Source of the DNA: Octopus vulgaris
Lineage: Eukaryota
Direction of reading: 5' to 3'
DNA length: 64,000 nucleotides
Assembly: GCA_951406725.2 (NCBI GenBank)
Contig: OX597829.1
Span: 28,148,001-28,212,000 of the forward strand
The notes under the pieces: generated by a model
What the model saw: only the letters and a program-made list of their open reading frames with translations
Database searches by the model: none
Told to the model about the DNA's origin: nothing
In this document: piece by piece, positions 1 through 12,277 of the stretch
Position numbering within the stretch: position 1 is the first letter of the stretch
Layout: each line of letters opens with the position of its first letter
Made by a program: the position numbers and the translations under genes

Positions 1-386
1 CTCCGTCCTCTGATACATTTTGGAAGTTGAGAAAAAGATATCCTGAAACATGTTCATTGTTATATATTGCTATGGTGATATATTGTTTGTAAAACTGTAA
101 CTTATATCAAACTGGTATGATAATAATAAGATGGTGATTTTTTTTTCCTTATTTTTCCTTTTTTATTTTTTGTTATTTTTCAAATTCAAAATCATATTGA
201 TTAAAATGTGTTGCATACAACAATGGTTATGAAACAACAGACTAAAAGCTTTCTAGATTAAAGTGATATAGCAGAATTGAATCTCTTTCTTCTTTCACTT
301 TGTACTGCACCAGGCACTCTATACAATAAATTCATCATCATCATCATCATCATCATCATTATTATTGTCATTGCTTTATTTCTCAG

Positions 387-409
387 TGTGCTCAGTCTTG
401 TTTGCTCTG
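387..409 (+). CDS. Probable signal-peptide microexon of the chitin-binding protein gene (VLSLVCS-G)
   Basis: ttgctttatttctcAG acceptor and GTagat donor. Its phase-1 end joins exon 5463 to give ...VLSLVCSGYFAQVKA-Q, a plausible signal peptide. No start codon was found in the window. Confidence 0.45.
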
Positions 410-531
410 GTAGATTCTGTGAGAATGGACAGGGTGTCTTTCCACACATTATAAGCTTTGATTCTTGATTGTTAATTATGGTGGGAGACATTCAACATCC
501 AAGTACCAATCTCAAAATCCTAGCTGTCTCA

Positions 532-761
532 TTTAACCCTTTTGTACTAACCTGCCTGTGACTACCTTCTGGTTTTATGATACAAACGTCCTGTTTTAAA
601 GTCATCTAAATTAAAACTGTCCATCAAAATTCCATGTTAATTTAAGTTCTAAATGTCAACTCAATAATGACAGATTTCTTTTACTAAATTCTTCATTATT
701 TTCAAAATAAATTGAAACAAAGGCAGTGTATTCCCACAGAAACATGGTAACAGAGAGTTAA
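532..761. mobile_element. TTAA-flanked piggyBac-type MITE (degenerate)
   Basis: ttaacccttt...agagagttaa ends; related copies near 45537-45767 and 52140-52350. Confidence 0.55.
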
Positions 762-1110
762 TGTTCTACTAGTACTATTGTAAACTATGTACCAAGGGTG
801 CTATAGCACAGGTAGTCTGGAGACTTATGGATCCTTTTTGAGTAGGAGAAATGTATACAGAAATGCATCACTCAAGCCAACGAGCACCCAAAGATGGCTT
901 TGTGTCCCTCTCAGGTTACCATTGTTATAGTGTTGGATAGAATATCTAGCAGTGTTTGTCCTGGCACTTTGCACTGGCTTTAAATCTTGCTGAGGCCCAC
1001 TTTACCGATTCACTTTTTTTGTGGGGGCGAAGTGTCAATACATATAGACCAGCACTGGTGCTGATTTTCATTTTCTGTCTGCTTTGTCTGCTTAGCCATC
1101 TATGTGTCTA

Positions 1111-1146
<36 letters not shown>

Positions 1147-1711
1147 CATACATCTCTCTCATTCTCTCTATCTCTTCTTCTACCTCACTCTTCTCCCACC
1201 TCTCTCTTCCTCTAACTCTCTGTCCTTCTAATCCCTCCCCATCCCCCCTCTCTCTGGAAGAAATCAGTCATGGTCAGACTAGAGAAGAATGAGTTCTACC
1301 TGCTTTATGTTCAACCAGACCAGATTCAGTCTCTCATACCTACCTCACAATGTTAGTCTAAAATATAAAGAATCTCATCATTGAAATCTTGAAGCTGCAA
1401 GATAATTTATTATTAATTCAAATTAATGTGGATAAATAAGTATTATATTTGATACTTAAATCTGAATACTAAAGGCTTAAGAGCTTGGAATTTTGATGAT
1501 ATTACAAAAGAAGGCTCTGTCTCATTTTATACTTTGTTTTTTGGCATGTGGATACTGGTACATGTATGAAGTCTTTCTGAGGTACATGTGCTTTTAAGTT
1601 GTCATTATTGTATATTGCCATTTCATTCATTGCATATAATAAGAGTCAACAAAAAAGTTCCTACATGGGTGTTCACACTTCTAGAAATAACAGTCAGGTC
1701 TCAACCAAATC

Positions 1712-2566
1712 TTAACCCTTTAGCATGTAAATTGACCATAGGCACAGGTATGGCTGACTGGTAAGAAGCTTGCTTCCCGACCACATGGTTCTTCTTTCAG
1801 TCCCATTGTGTGGCACCTTGGGCAAGTGTCTTCTCCTATAGCCTCAGGCTAACCAAAGCCTTCTGTGTGAATTTGGTAAACAGCAAGCTGGCAGAAACGT
1901 TAACACGCCAGGCGAAATGCTTAGCGGTATTTTGTCTACTGCTACGTTCTAAGTTTAAATTCTGCCTAGGTCGACTTAGCCTTTCATCCTTTCGGGGTCA
2001 ATTAAATAAGTACCAGTTATGCACTGGGGTTGATATAATCGACTTAATCCATTTGTCTGTCCTTGTTTGTCCCCTCTGTGTGTAGCTCCTTGTGGTCAGT
2101 AAAGAAATAAGAAACTGAAAGAAGCTCGCTAATATGTATATATACACATAGGTATATATTTATGTGCGTCTGTGTTTGTCATCCTCTCCACCATCACTTG
2201 ACAACTAATGCTGGTGTGTTTATGTCCCTGTAACTTAGGAGTTCACCAAAAGACACTGATAGAATAAGTACTAAGCTTACGAATAAGTCTTGGGGTAAAT
2301 TTCTTCAATTAAAAACTCTTCAAGGTGGTGCTCTAGCATGGTTGCAGTCGAATAACTGAAACAATAAATGAAGAATAAATGACTATCCAGCTAAAATATT
2401 CTACCAGTTTTAATATTCAAACCAGCCTAATCCAACCTCTCATACCTACCTTACAAACAACTACATCATTGAAATCTGGAAACTACATGATTAATGATTA
2501 ATTCAAGAACAATGTGAATAGATAAACATTACATTCAACAGAGTAATATGAATGCTAAAAGGTTAA
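1712..2566. mobile_element. TTAA MITE carrying a nested tRNA-SINE that itself contains a second SINE
   Basis: TIRs ttaaccctttagcat/atgctaaaaggttaa; SINE about 1740-2370 interrupted by another SINE about 1884-2110. Confidence 0.7.
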
Positions 2567-2659
2567 TAAAAGACAAAAAGAGGTATACATTGGTGAATAA
2601 ACACTGGAGATAAAAGAGAAAAAAAGATGAGATAATCAATATTTAAATTTTTCTGACCA

Positions 2660-2812
2660 TAGGTGTAGGAGTGGCTGTATGGTAAGTAGTCCTGGGTTCA
2701 GTCCCACTGCGTGGCACCTCGGGCAAGTGTCTTCTACTATAGCCTTGGGCTGACCAAAGCCTTGTGAGTAGATTTGGTAGACGGAAAGTGAAAGAAGATC
2801 GTCATATATATG

Positions 2813-2870
<58 letters not shown>

Positions 2871-3110
2871 CATACACATATACATATGTATGTGTGTGTG
2901 TGTATATATTTGTGTGTCTGTGTTTGTCTCCCCAACATCGCTTGACAACCGATGCTGGTGTGTTTACGTCCCCATGACTTAGTGGTTCAGCAAAAGAGAA
3001 CGATAGAATAAGTACTAGGCTTACAAAGAATAAGTCCTGGGGTCAATTTGCTTGACTAAAGGCGGTGCTCCAGCATGCCCATTGTCAAATAACTGAAACA
3101 AGTAAAAGAG
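2660..3110 (+). mobile_element. Abundant tRNA-derived SINE (CORE-like motif, internal (TG)n)
   Basis: tRNA-like head, cct(t/c)gggcaagt motif and gactgaaacaagtaaaagag tail; more than 12 copies in the window. Confidence 0.85.
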
Positions 3111-4429
3111 TATATGTGTGTTTGGGGGCTAAACAAGAACAACAGCAGTAGTTAATCTAATGTTAACATGTTACTTATAATGAGAATTAAAAAGTTAACT
3201 AGAAATCATTCTGTGGGCTGGGAAAGAAAATATATTAGTCGATGACTAACATGTTTTCCATATATTTAAAAAATTTCCTCATGCTTGAAACATGGGGAAA
3301 GAAAAAAAAATGAAAATGAAAATAAATAGATAAAATATTAAGCATTGTTAAATATCATATTTTTTTTACCATGCTTCATATTTATGTTTAGTTCATTTTT
3401 TTAATTCTCCACTCATTAAATAATGTTATCATTAACTCTAACCTTAACCTTAACCCTGATTTAAAAGCCCTACAGCTGTTAGTTAGCTTGCTCTATCTTT
3501 CATCCCATTGGGATTAGTAAAATAAACATATGAAGCCAGTGTTTACATCAAAGAAGTTTAATATCACCATCATCATCATCATCATCATTTAGCATCCATT
3601 TTCCATGCTGGCATGGGTTGGACAGCTTGGCAGGAACTAGCAAGCTAGAGGACTATGCCAGGTTTCACTGTCAGTTTTGGCATGGTTTTTGTGGCTGGAT
3701 GCCCTTCCTTGTACAAATCACCTTACGGGGTACTTTTTATGTGGCACCAGCACTGGCAAGGTCTGTTTTGGCATGGTTTTTACAGCTAGTTACCCTTCTT
3801 AATGCCAACCACTTTACAGTGTAGACTGGATGCTTTTCACATGGCAGGTTGTCCACTACAGAAATATTGAAACAGTAGTTGGCTTTTTTTTTAGAAATAA
3901 CAAAGAAAGAAGCTTTTTCAGACTATTGCTTATGGTCCAGTGGGTAGGGTGTTGGGCTCATGAACATAAGGTCATAGGTTCAGTTCTTGGATTGGGCAAT
4001 GTTGTGTCCTTGGAGAAGGTGCTTCATTTCATATTGCTTCAGTTACTTGGTTGAAAATGAATGCCAACCTATTTGACTGCTGGTGGCTGGTATTCATTTT
4101 CAACAAGTCAAGAGATATGTCAGAACCAAGAAGGTGTCTATGTCTGCTCATGACAACATGAATATCTAAATGTATGATACATGTTACCAGGTCATATTCT
4201 CTTGTGACTGACAGCTATGAGCTGGGTTTTTTTAACTTAAACACTTATATAGGTGCAGGTGTAGCTGTGTGGTAGGAAGCTTGCTTCTCAACCACATGGT
4301 TCTGGGGTTCAGTCCCACTGCATGGCACCTTGGGCAAGTGTCTTCTGCTATAGCCTTGGGCAAACCAAACTTTGTGAGTGGAAACTGAAAGAAGTCCATC
4401 ATATATATAAATATATATATATATACACA

Positions 4430-5275
4430 GACATGCAGCAATATCAGAGGAAGATAGTTTTTGTGTGTGAAAAGTGCACAGGTACAATTAACATTAAAAA
4501 TGTACAGAAAATTGAATCCATCATATGCTATGGGGAAAACTAGAAGTAGTTGATAGCTTCTGTTACCTAGATGACCAAGTCAGTAGCGAGGGTGGATGCT
4601 CTGAGAGCATACTGCTAGAATAAGAATAGGCTGGGCAAAGTTCAGAGAGCTCCTACCTCTACTGGTAAAAAAGGGCCTCTCACTCAGAGTGTAAGTGCCC
4701 TGAGAAAAAGTTGGGCATAAGAGGCATCAGATGTGGTGTGCTAGAAAGACAACTGCACTGGTATGGTCATGTGTTGTGTATGGATGAGGACAGCTGTGTG
4801 AAGAAGTGTTGCACTCTAATGGTTGAGGAAACCTGTGGAAGAGGTAGATCCAAGAAGACATGGGACAAGGTAGTGAAGCATGATCTTCGAATGTTGAGCC
4901 TCACAGAGGTTATGACTAGCAACAATATGCTATGCTTGAGAAGACCTGATGTCAATGTCATGTAACTGGCCCTTCAAATGTTGGGTGATATGCTGTGCTT
5001 GTCAAGACCTGTCAAGCCGAGTAAAATCGTAGTTGTGGCCAATGCTAGCGCTGTCTAATGGGCACCCCTACTGGTGGCACATAAAATACACCATTCAAGT
5101 GTTGGGCTTCGTGGATGCAGTCACAAGTGACCTTTGACAATATACTGTGCTCGTGTAGACCTGTAAAGCCAAGTGAGACTGTAGTCATGGCCGATACTGC
5201 TGTAAGGTCAATAGTATCTGTGCCAATTGCACGTAAAAAAAAACCCGCTACATTTTTGGAAGGGCATCCAGCCAT
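4430..5275 (+). mobile_element. RTE-clade LINE 3' fragment
   Basis: FCYL, RIGWAKFRELLPLL, QLHWYGHVLCMDEDSCVKK and GRGRSKKTW motifs; homologous to 62300-63200. Confidence 0.85.
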
Positions 5276-5462
5276 GACAATAACGATGTTGATATCGCAT
5301 GACATAACTTAATTCTTTATGATATGCATGGATGATTATATTCTTAAAATAATTTCCTAAGAAAATTTGTGAAAAAAACTTTTAATATCTAAATAGAAGT
5401 TGAAAAATGTAAAAAAAAAAATTCCTAAGTACACATACATAATTCATATTCTTTTTTTGCAG

Positions 5463-5771
5463 GATATTTTGCCCAAGTGAAAGCTCAGGCTAATTTTGTT
5501 TGTCCTGCACCCAATGGAATTTTCCCAGATTTTGCCAGTACAGGCTGCACTATGTTCTGGCGTTGTAACAACTGCCTCCCTGTAAGAGACAGATGTGCAG
5601 AAGGGCAGCAGTTTGACTATGCCCGCACACTATGTGATGCAGATGCTAATGTATTCTGCAATGACCAAAGACGGAACTTTCAGCCTCAGCCAGGCGCTTG
5701 GCAATGTCAACCTAATAATGGTGGCGGTGCAGGAATACGAAACAATTTCAATCCAGTAGTACCAGGACAAG
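5463..5771 (+). CDS. Chitin-binding type-2 (CBM14/peritrophin-A) domain exon of a secreted protein
   Basis: ttttttgcAG / GTaaat splice sites, phase 1-1; C-x14-C-x5-C-x9-C-x12-C-x7-C with F/W aromatics. Confidence 0.9.
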
Positions 5772-6087
5772 GTAAATTCTTCCTTTCTTTTTTTATTTTT
5801 CCCAACCACTGTTTACTTAATAAACATCATCATTATCAACAATGTCAACTAGCCAATGACAGAGCCTCTTGTTGGTTGTTTTATCAACGAGAAACAGAAA
5901 TCAAATCTACCTCAAAATATAGCTAGCCAACATGGCTGTAGTCAAATGACTGAAACAAGTAAAAGAGTAAAAGTGTAATAGTTCTGGAATATCTTTGATA
6001 ATAAGCCTGATCAGTCATGGGATAGCAAAAACAGCAGCAGCAGCAGTAGTAGTAGCAACAATAACAACATCAATAGCAGCAGTAGTG

Positions 6088-6506
6088 TGGAGGTGCAATG
6101 GCCTAGTGGTTAGGGCAGCGAACTCGCGGTCGGAGGATCGCGGTTTCGATTCCCAGACCGGGCGTTGTGTGTGTTTATTGAGTGAAAGCACCTAAAGCTC
6201 CACGAGGCTCCGGCAGGGGGTGGTGGCGACCCCTGTTGTACTCTTTCGCTCCAACTTTCTCTCACTCTTCTTCCTGTTTCTTGTCCCCGACTTCCTACGC
6301 GACTGCTGAGGCTGGATGCACATTCATCCATCCATCGATGCTCTCGGTGTCGAGGGTCGACCTGCTTTCTCTTCATTGGGTCTTACGAATAGCAAAGGAC
6401 CACGTTTTGGACTTCTCCCACTACAGGCAATTCTGAGGCGTGATCTTGCGAGCTCTGGGACGAAGACCGCTTTGCTCAATAAACAAACAAACTAACAAAC
6501 AAACAA
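6088..6506 (+). mobile_element. Young tRNA-derived SINE with (AAAC)n tail
   Basis: A box tggcctagtgg, B-box-like ggtttcgattcc, CpG-rich; same head at about 12278 (+) and 47128 (-). Confidence 0.85.
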
Positions 6507-6761
6507 GCAGCAGCAGCATCTACCTTAACATAATCATTCTTAATACATTCCGGCTGGTTTGAACGTGACTATACTAATCACTGTTGTGTTTCGTCACAAG
6601 AGGATATGCAAGTCATCATTTTGGTTCTTGATTTTTACCATGCATATAACAATTCATTATTGGCTGACAGATATCAGCATGGATCAGTAATCAGTTTTGT
6701 TTGCTAGAATTGTAACCAAGGCCATTGGTTCTGGTTAGATTCATTAGACTTGGAAAGGGGA

Positions 6762-6820
6762 GGGGTCTTCTGGCTGATGAGACACATCCAATGTTGAAAC
6801 ACCAGATATCCCAGAATCCC
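6762..6820 (+). ncRNA. Type I hammerhead-ribozyme-like motif (partly degenerate)
   Basis: UUCUGG-CUGAUGA-GACA..UGUU-GAAA-CACCAGAUA-UC-CCAGAA; 6-bp stem I; stem III has mismatches. Confidence 0.65.
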
Positions 6821-7241
6821 TTGTACTAACGAATCAAGTGTTTGCTTATTTTACACTTCAAGTGAGGTCGTTGCCAGTGCTTCTGGACTGACTCTTGCGC
6901 AGGTGGCACGTAAAAAACACCTTTTTGAGCGTGTCCATTCCCCGTACCGCCAGACTGGCCCTACACTCTTGGAGTGGTTGGCCTTAGGAAGGGCATCCAG
7001 CAGTAGAAACTCTGCCAGATCAGATTGGAGCCTGGTTAACCAGTCCTCAGTCAAATCGTCCAACCCATGCTAGCATGGAAAGCGGACGTTAAATGAAATG
7101 ATTGTAGGGTAGGTATGAAAAGCAGGACCTGGTTAGTTTGAGCATAAAACAGGAAGAATATTTTGGTTGGATATGGTTGGTTTAAATGTTAAAGGGTTAA
7201 TACTGTTTCATTTCTGTCTCTCTTTCTCTCTATCCATACAG

Positions 7242-7417
7242 GTGGTCGAGGTGTGGTGATTAATTTACCACCGAACATTCCACAACTCAATGTCCAGCAG
7301 TGTACCTTGATTCAAAATCAGATGAATCAATTTTTCACCCAGATGATCCAAGCAATGACCAACAATCAATGTCCTGGACCACAGTGTGTTCTACCAATAA
7401 TAGCTGTTCAATGTTAA
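7242..7417 (+). CDS. Terminal exon of the chitin-binding protein (Gln/Asn/Cys-rich tail)
   Basis: Polypyrimidine tract + cAG, phase 1; GGRGVVINLPPNIPQLNVQQC...PQCVLPIIAVQC*; AATAAA just downstream. Confidence 0.85.
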
Positions 7418-8035
7418 TTAATTAATAAACCAAGATGGTTAATATCTGTTATTAATACGTCAGTCAATCTACCTATATTAGCAGTTCAATGTTAATTGAT
7501 TATACATTGTAACTGATATCAGTAATTATCATGTAACTCAGTCAATATACTAAATAATCTTTATCTAATTTTGGCACAAGGCCGGCAACTTTGAAGGAGG
7601 GGTCTAGTCGATTACAGCAACACTAGTGCTCAACTGGTACTTATTTTAATAACCTCTGAAAGAATGAAAAGCAAAGTTGATTACACTGCCATTTGAACTC
7701 AGAACATAAAGTGCTGGAAGAAATGTCACTGAGCATTCTGCACTGTGTGGTAATGACTTTGCTCATTTGCCACCTTAATTAATACATTAATAATAGCTGT
7801 ACAATGTTAATTAATCAATTAATCATTCATGGTAATTAATAAAAGTAACAATTGTGTGGCTCAATCAGTCTACCAGTAATAGTTGTTCAATTAACCAAAC
7901 ATAGTAATTAATGTCAGCAATTATTATGTAGTTCAGATAATTTACTAATAAGTTGTAAAATGTTAATTAACTAAGCACAAAAGGTAATTAATACTATTAA
8001 TTATTATGTTTCTAAATCAAGTTACTAATAATACC
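7390..8035 (+). repeat. Degenerate ~75-90 bp tandem repeat (about 6-7 units), interrupted by a SINE at about 7560-7776
   Basis: ctaccaataatagctgttcaatgttaatt-like units at about 7391, 7469, 7546/7782, 7870, 7942 and 8022. Confidence 0.65.
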
Positions 8036-9198
8036 TACCACCCTGTGTCTTTTCTACCGCTATCATAATGACCTCTGCTTCTCAGAGCTAGCTGATATCC
8101 TGCCACCTCTTCTCAACTACTTTCTGCTTTTACATTTTGATTTCAAATCCCGCCAAGGTCAACTTTGCTTTTCAGCCTTCCTGGGTTGGTAAAACACAAT
8201 ACCAGTGGAATTCTAAATTAATATAATTAGCTGGTCCCCTTTTATCCTGTGTAAAAATAATTATATTTTAAATATCTTATGTAAGGAAACTTAAATAAAT
8301 AAATGAAATGATTTGGTCTTTGGTTATTTATTTAGTAGTTTATATGTTGTTGTTGTTGTTGTTGTTTAACCCCAGGTCTACCTCATGCAGCAGGGATATA
8401 CGTGAAGGCGTCCCCGCTGTGACTATCCTGTCTTTTTATTCAGATATAGTGTGTCTACAGTTGCATGCATACATACATATGCATGTATGATGTTGCAAGC
8501 TTGTGTTCAAGTATTGCCATTGCCTGATCGAAAGTCCCACATATGCAATGGCTACAACCAGCCATTTTTGTGACAAGTCTTACATTTTTTTCAAGCGATA
8601 CCTGTGCATGATGATTTTTTTATAGTGGGGAAAGGATTTGAACAAATCCAATCCCACTCTCTGAACATGGACATCATAAACTTGAAAAGATCTAGTCTAC
8701 ATCATCGAATAATGTCAGTGTTGCAGGTTTCTCTCAGAGTTTTCCTCTCCAAGAGAGATGTTGTGACAAAAGAGAGACCTCTCATTCACAGTGGGCCAAC
8801 CGCAGCCTGGACACAGCCAGGTATTTCCATGTCCCTGTATAAACATACATGCACACACACACATGTACACATATTGTTGGATGACTGTTGACTGCTCATC
8901 AGATCTTCCACTCATTTACAGGTCTTATTTTTTCATCCTGCAGGGTGTCCAACAATCACCCTCCTCATCAAGCAAGCTTGATGAGGTTGCCAGTTTAGTC
9001 ACTGACGACCCAAGCACACAACAAGTTGTAGTGAATTACATGTTACCAATAGCTTGCAAGAGTGACATTACACACATACATACATACCTACATACATACA
9101 TACATACATACATACATACATACATTCATAACATATGTACGTACATGCATCACATATGTACGTACATGCATGCATGCATACATACATATATACATACA

Positions 9199-9229
<31 letters not shown>

Positions 9230-9316
9230 CTACATACATACATACATACATACATACATACATACATACATGCGTACATACATACATACATACATACATA
9301 CATACATACATACATA

Positions 9317-10574
9317 AAGGGGTTGGACAAGATAATGGAAAGAGCTAGTATCATAGCATCATAATTTTGAAATATCTATTAAACCATCAAAAGCTTGTTT
9401 ATTTTTATGTCTTTTGATTTATTGTTAGTGTTGCTTAATATCTTTTGCTAAAATTGCTGTTTCTTTTCAGATAATGTCTGAAAAAGGTAATTAACATTCA
9501 TTAAAATGACAGATCTATTGGACTTTCAAAGAAGCTAAATTGTTGGTGCTTGTATGGCAGGTGCTAGTATAACGAAAACAGGTGAAATGCTTGGTGCATC
9601 AAGAAGTACTGTCTTGAAAGTAATGACAGCCTTTGACAAAGAGGGAAAAACCTCCTCATCGAAACAAAACCCTGGAAGAAAGCGAAAACTTTCAGATAGG
9701 GACCATCGAACTCTTACACAAATTGTTAGAAAGGAACACAAAAGTACAGCTCCCAAAATTACTGCAGGGCTTAATGATCACCTCGAGAACCCAGTTTCCA
9801 CAAAAAAACTGTTTGCTGGGAGTTCCAGGAGGGCTGCAATCAGAAAACCACTACTTTCAAAAACAAATGTTGCAAAGCATTTAGAGCAGAGTAAAAACCT
9901 ACAGAATTGGTCCCTAGAGCAGTGGAAGAATGTTATTTTCTTGGACGAGTCATCTTTTACCTTATTTCCGACCACTGGCCAAGTATATGTGTGGAGACAG
10001 CCAAAAGAAGCATTTGACCCAGACTGCCTTCTTCCAACTGTTAAACATGGAGGAGGATCTGTGATAATCTGGGGGGCTATATCTTGGAAATCCACTGACC
10101 CAATGATTTCCCTTCATGGCAGAATTAATAGTCAAGACTATCTAAGCATTTAAACTGATCAAATTCATCCTATGGTTGTGGAACTGTTTCCGGGGGGAAA
10201 TGCAATCTTTCAGGACGATAATGCACCAATTCACATAGCTAAAGTTGTTACTGAATGGCATAAGGAACATTATAGTGAAGTTGAACATCTTATCTGGCCA
10301 CCACAGTCCCCAGATCTCAATATTATTGAACATTTATGGTGCATTTTAGAAAAACAAGTAAGGAGTCAATATCTTCCACCATCATCACTACAAGAACCGG
10401 AGACTGTTTTAGCTGAAGAATGGACAAAAATTCCTTTGGAAGCAATTCAAACTTTGTACAAATCCATATCTTGTAGAATTCAAGGTGTAATTACTGCCAA
10501 AGGCAGTCCTACCCCATATTAAAATAAACTTGTTTGAAAATTTAAGGTGTTTCCATTATTTTGTCCAACCCCTG
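9317..10574 (+). mobile_element. Full-length Tc1-like transposon with DD36E spacing, inserted in a (TACA)n microsatellite
   Basis: TIRs aaggggttggacaagataatggaaa / tttccattattttgtccaacccctg, TA on both sides, internal transposase. Confidence 0.92.
9506..10522 (+). pseudogene. Tc1-family transposase with in-frame stops (9536, 10151)
   Basis: GRKRKLS, FLDESSF, KHGGGSVIIWG, FQDDNAPIH and WPPQSPDLNIIEHLW motifs, all in one frame. Confidence 0.92.
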
Positions 10575-10641
10575 TACATACATACCTACATACATACATA
10601 CATACATACATACATACATAGCCATCTATGCATCAAACTTA

Positions 10642-10719
<78 letters not shown>

Positions 10720-10910
10720 CTACAAAATTAGAGAATGGAGAAACATACTTAAATCAATAAAACATCAACTATCCGATGATACCCAATCAATACTTTAATA
10801 CACCATTACATATGAGTAAAGGCATTATACAAAATGAGATATACAGTAATAGTAAAAAGATAAAGAGATATAAGTAAAAAATTTCAAATATAATATGCAA
10901 TTAAATCAAA

Positions 10911-11020
10911 ACTGACAGCTGTTTCGGCAGTGAGGGCAGTCATACCTCATTTAACCTATAAGCCATAAAGGCAGGTATAAATGAGGCATTAACAAGGATG
11001 CCCCACGGCCTCCTCAGAGA
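10911..11020 (-). ncRNA. Hammerhead ribozyme, type I, intact core
   Basis: Minus strand reads CU-CUGAGGA-GGC(long stem II)GCC-GAAA-CAGCUG-UC-AG; GUC cleavage triplet; palindromic stem III. Confidence 0.85.
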
Positions 11021-11363
11021 ATTAAATTAAATTTGTTATAATTGTGAAAAATATTATATAACCATATACATATAAATATAAAAATATAAAAATGTAAAAT
11101 ATAAAAACTTATACATCATAATGCTACACTTATATAATATAATACTCATTGGTACAATAAAGGAAGGTAAACAGAACAAAATAAAACAAAATATATATCA
11201 GTGTATATATTAATATTAATAAGTACCGATATTATACATATTTGGCTAATAGTTTTTTTTTAAAAAAAAACTAACACATAGGGAGATGAAAAATAATAAT
11301 TAAAACCATGGTTCAGTTCATAAAATTCTAAAGCTATAAAAGTTAATAAAAATTACTATTACT

Positions 11364-11418
<55 letters not shown>

Positions 11419-11422
11419 GATA

Positions 11423-11705
11423 CAGTTAAGTTAGCACCAAGTCCATCCTTTCAAGATCGAAATAACTATGAGTTTAGAAATGCTGACCACTAGGTAAAGA
11501 AAATTTAGATTAATTCGATTGGCTATTGGTTTGAAATTTAAATCACAAAACCGTATAATTATAACCGTATAATTTTCTTTTGTGATTTAAATTTCAAACC
11601 AATAGCCAATCGAATTAATCTAAATTTTCTTTACCTAGTGGTCAGCATTTCTAAACTCATAGTTATTTCGATCTTGAAAGGATGGACTTGGTGCAAACTT
11701 AACTG
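11423..11705. repeat. Near-perfect 128-bp inverted repeat with 27-bp spacer
   Basis: 11423-11550 is the reverse complement of 11578-11705, with one mismatch seen. Confidence 0.95.
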
Positions 11706-11728
11706 AATTTTCAACCCCTATCTCATTT

Positions 11729-11767
<39 letters not shown>

Positions 11768-12277
11768 ATATATTGTTACTGCCATATTTGTCCAGAAATA
11801 TGCTGTGTTAAAAACACAATAAATAATATCAGAAAGATATGAAAATTCATCCCAGCAGCAGCCAGTAAGAGAGCCTGATGCATTTTGGCATTTTGGGGAT
11901 CTTTTTAATGGCACCTCCCCACAGTCAGCCACATGCTGAGAATTCATTGTCTTTAACATAGGAGAAAGTGAATTAAACATTCACTGATGTTGCATAAAGT
12001 AGCACAGCTGATTAAAAACCCAGTAAATGCAACTGAGGTATTATTAATTTAGAATAACCATCTATGTACTATACGTTATCATGTATAAATAGAGGGATTT
12101 TAAAAATTAAACACTGTCTTAATTGTGTATAACGGACTACAAACAAGAGCATTGAAAATTTATTAAGAGCAACACAGAAATCATGGAAAAGAGAAAGCTA
12201 AAGATTACCAAAATGGATAAGTGGAGAAATAACAGAATAAGAGTAGCAACAGGTTTAATGGATATATATATATATAT

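Larger units (their letters stand above)
10718..11725 (-). mobile_element. Non-autonomous Penelope-like element fragment in (TA)n, with hammerhead and inverted duplication
   Basis: (TA)n flanks, hammerhead motif, 128-bp inverted repeat; end sequence resembles 32050-32240. Confidence 0.65.

Noticed and set aside
3436-3457. Telomere-like (taacc)n
   Set aside because: Only about three imperfect units
6095-6165. tRNA gene
   Set aside because: SINE head; continues into SINE body and tail and recurs three times
7400-7417. CaaX prenylation motif
   Set aside because: Cys is the last residue, not at -4, and the protein appears secreted
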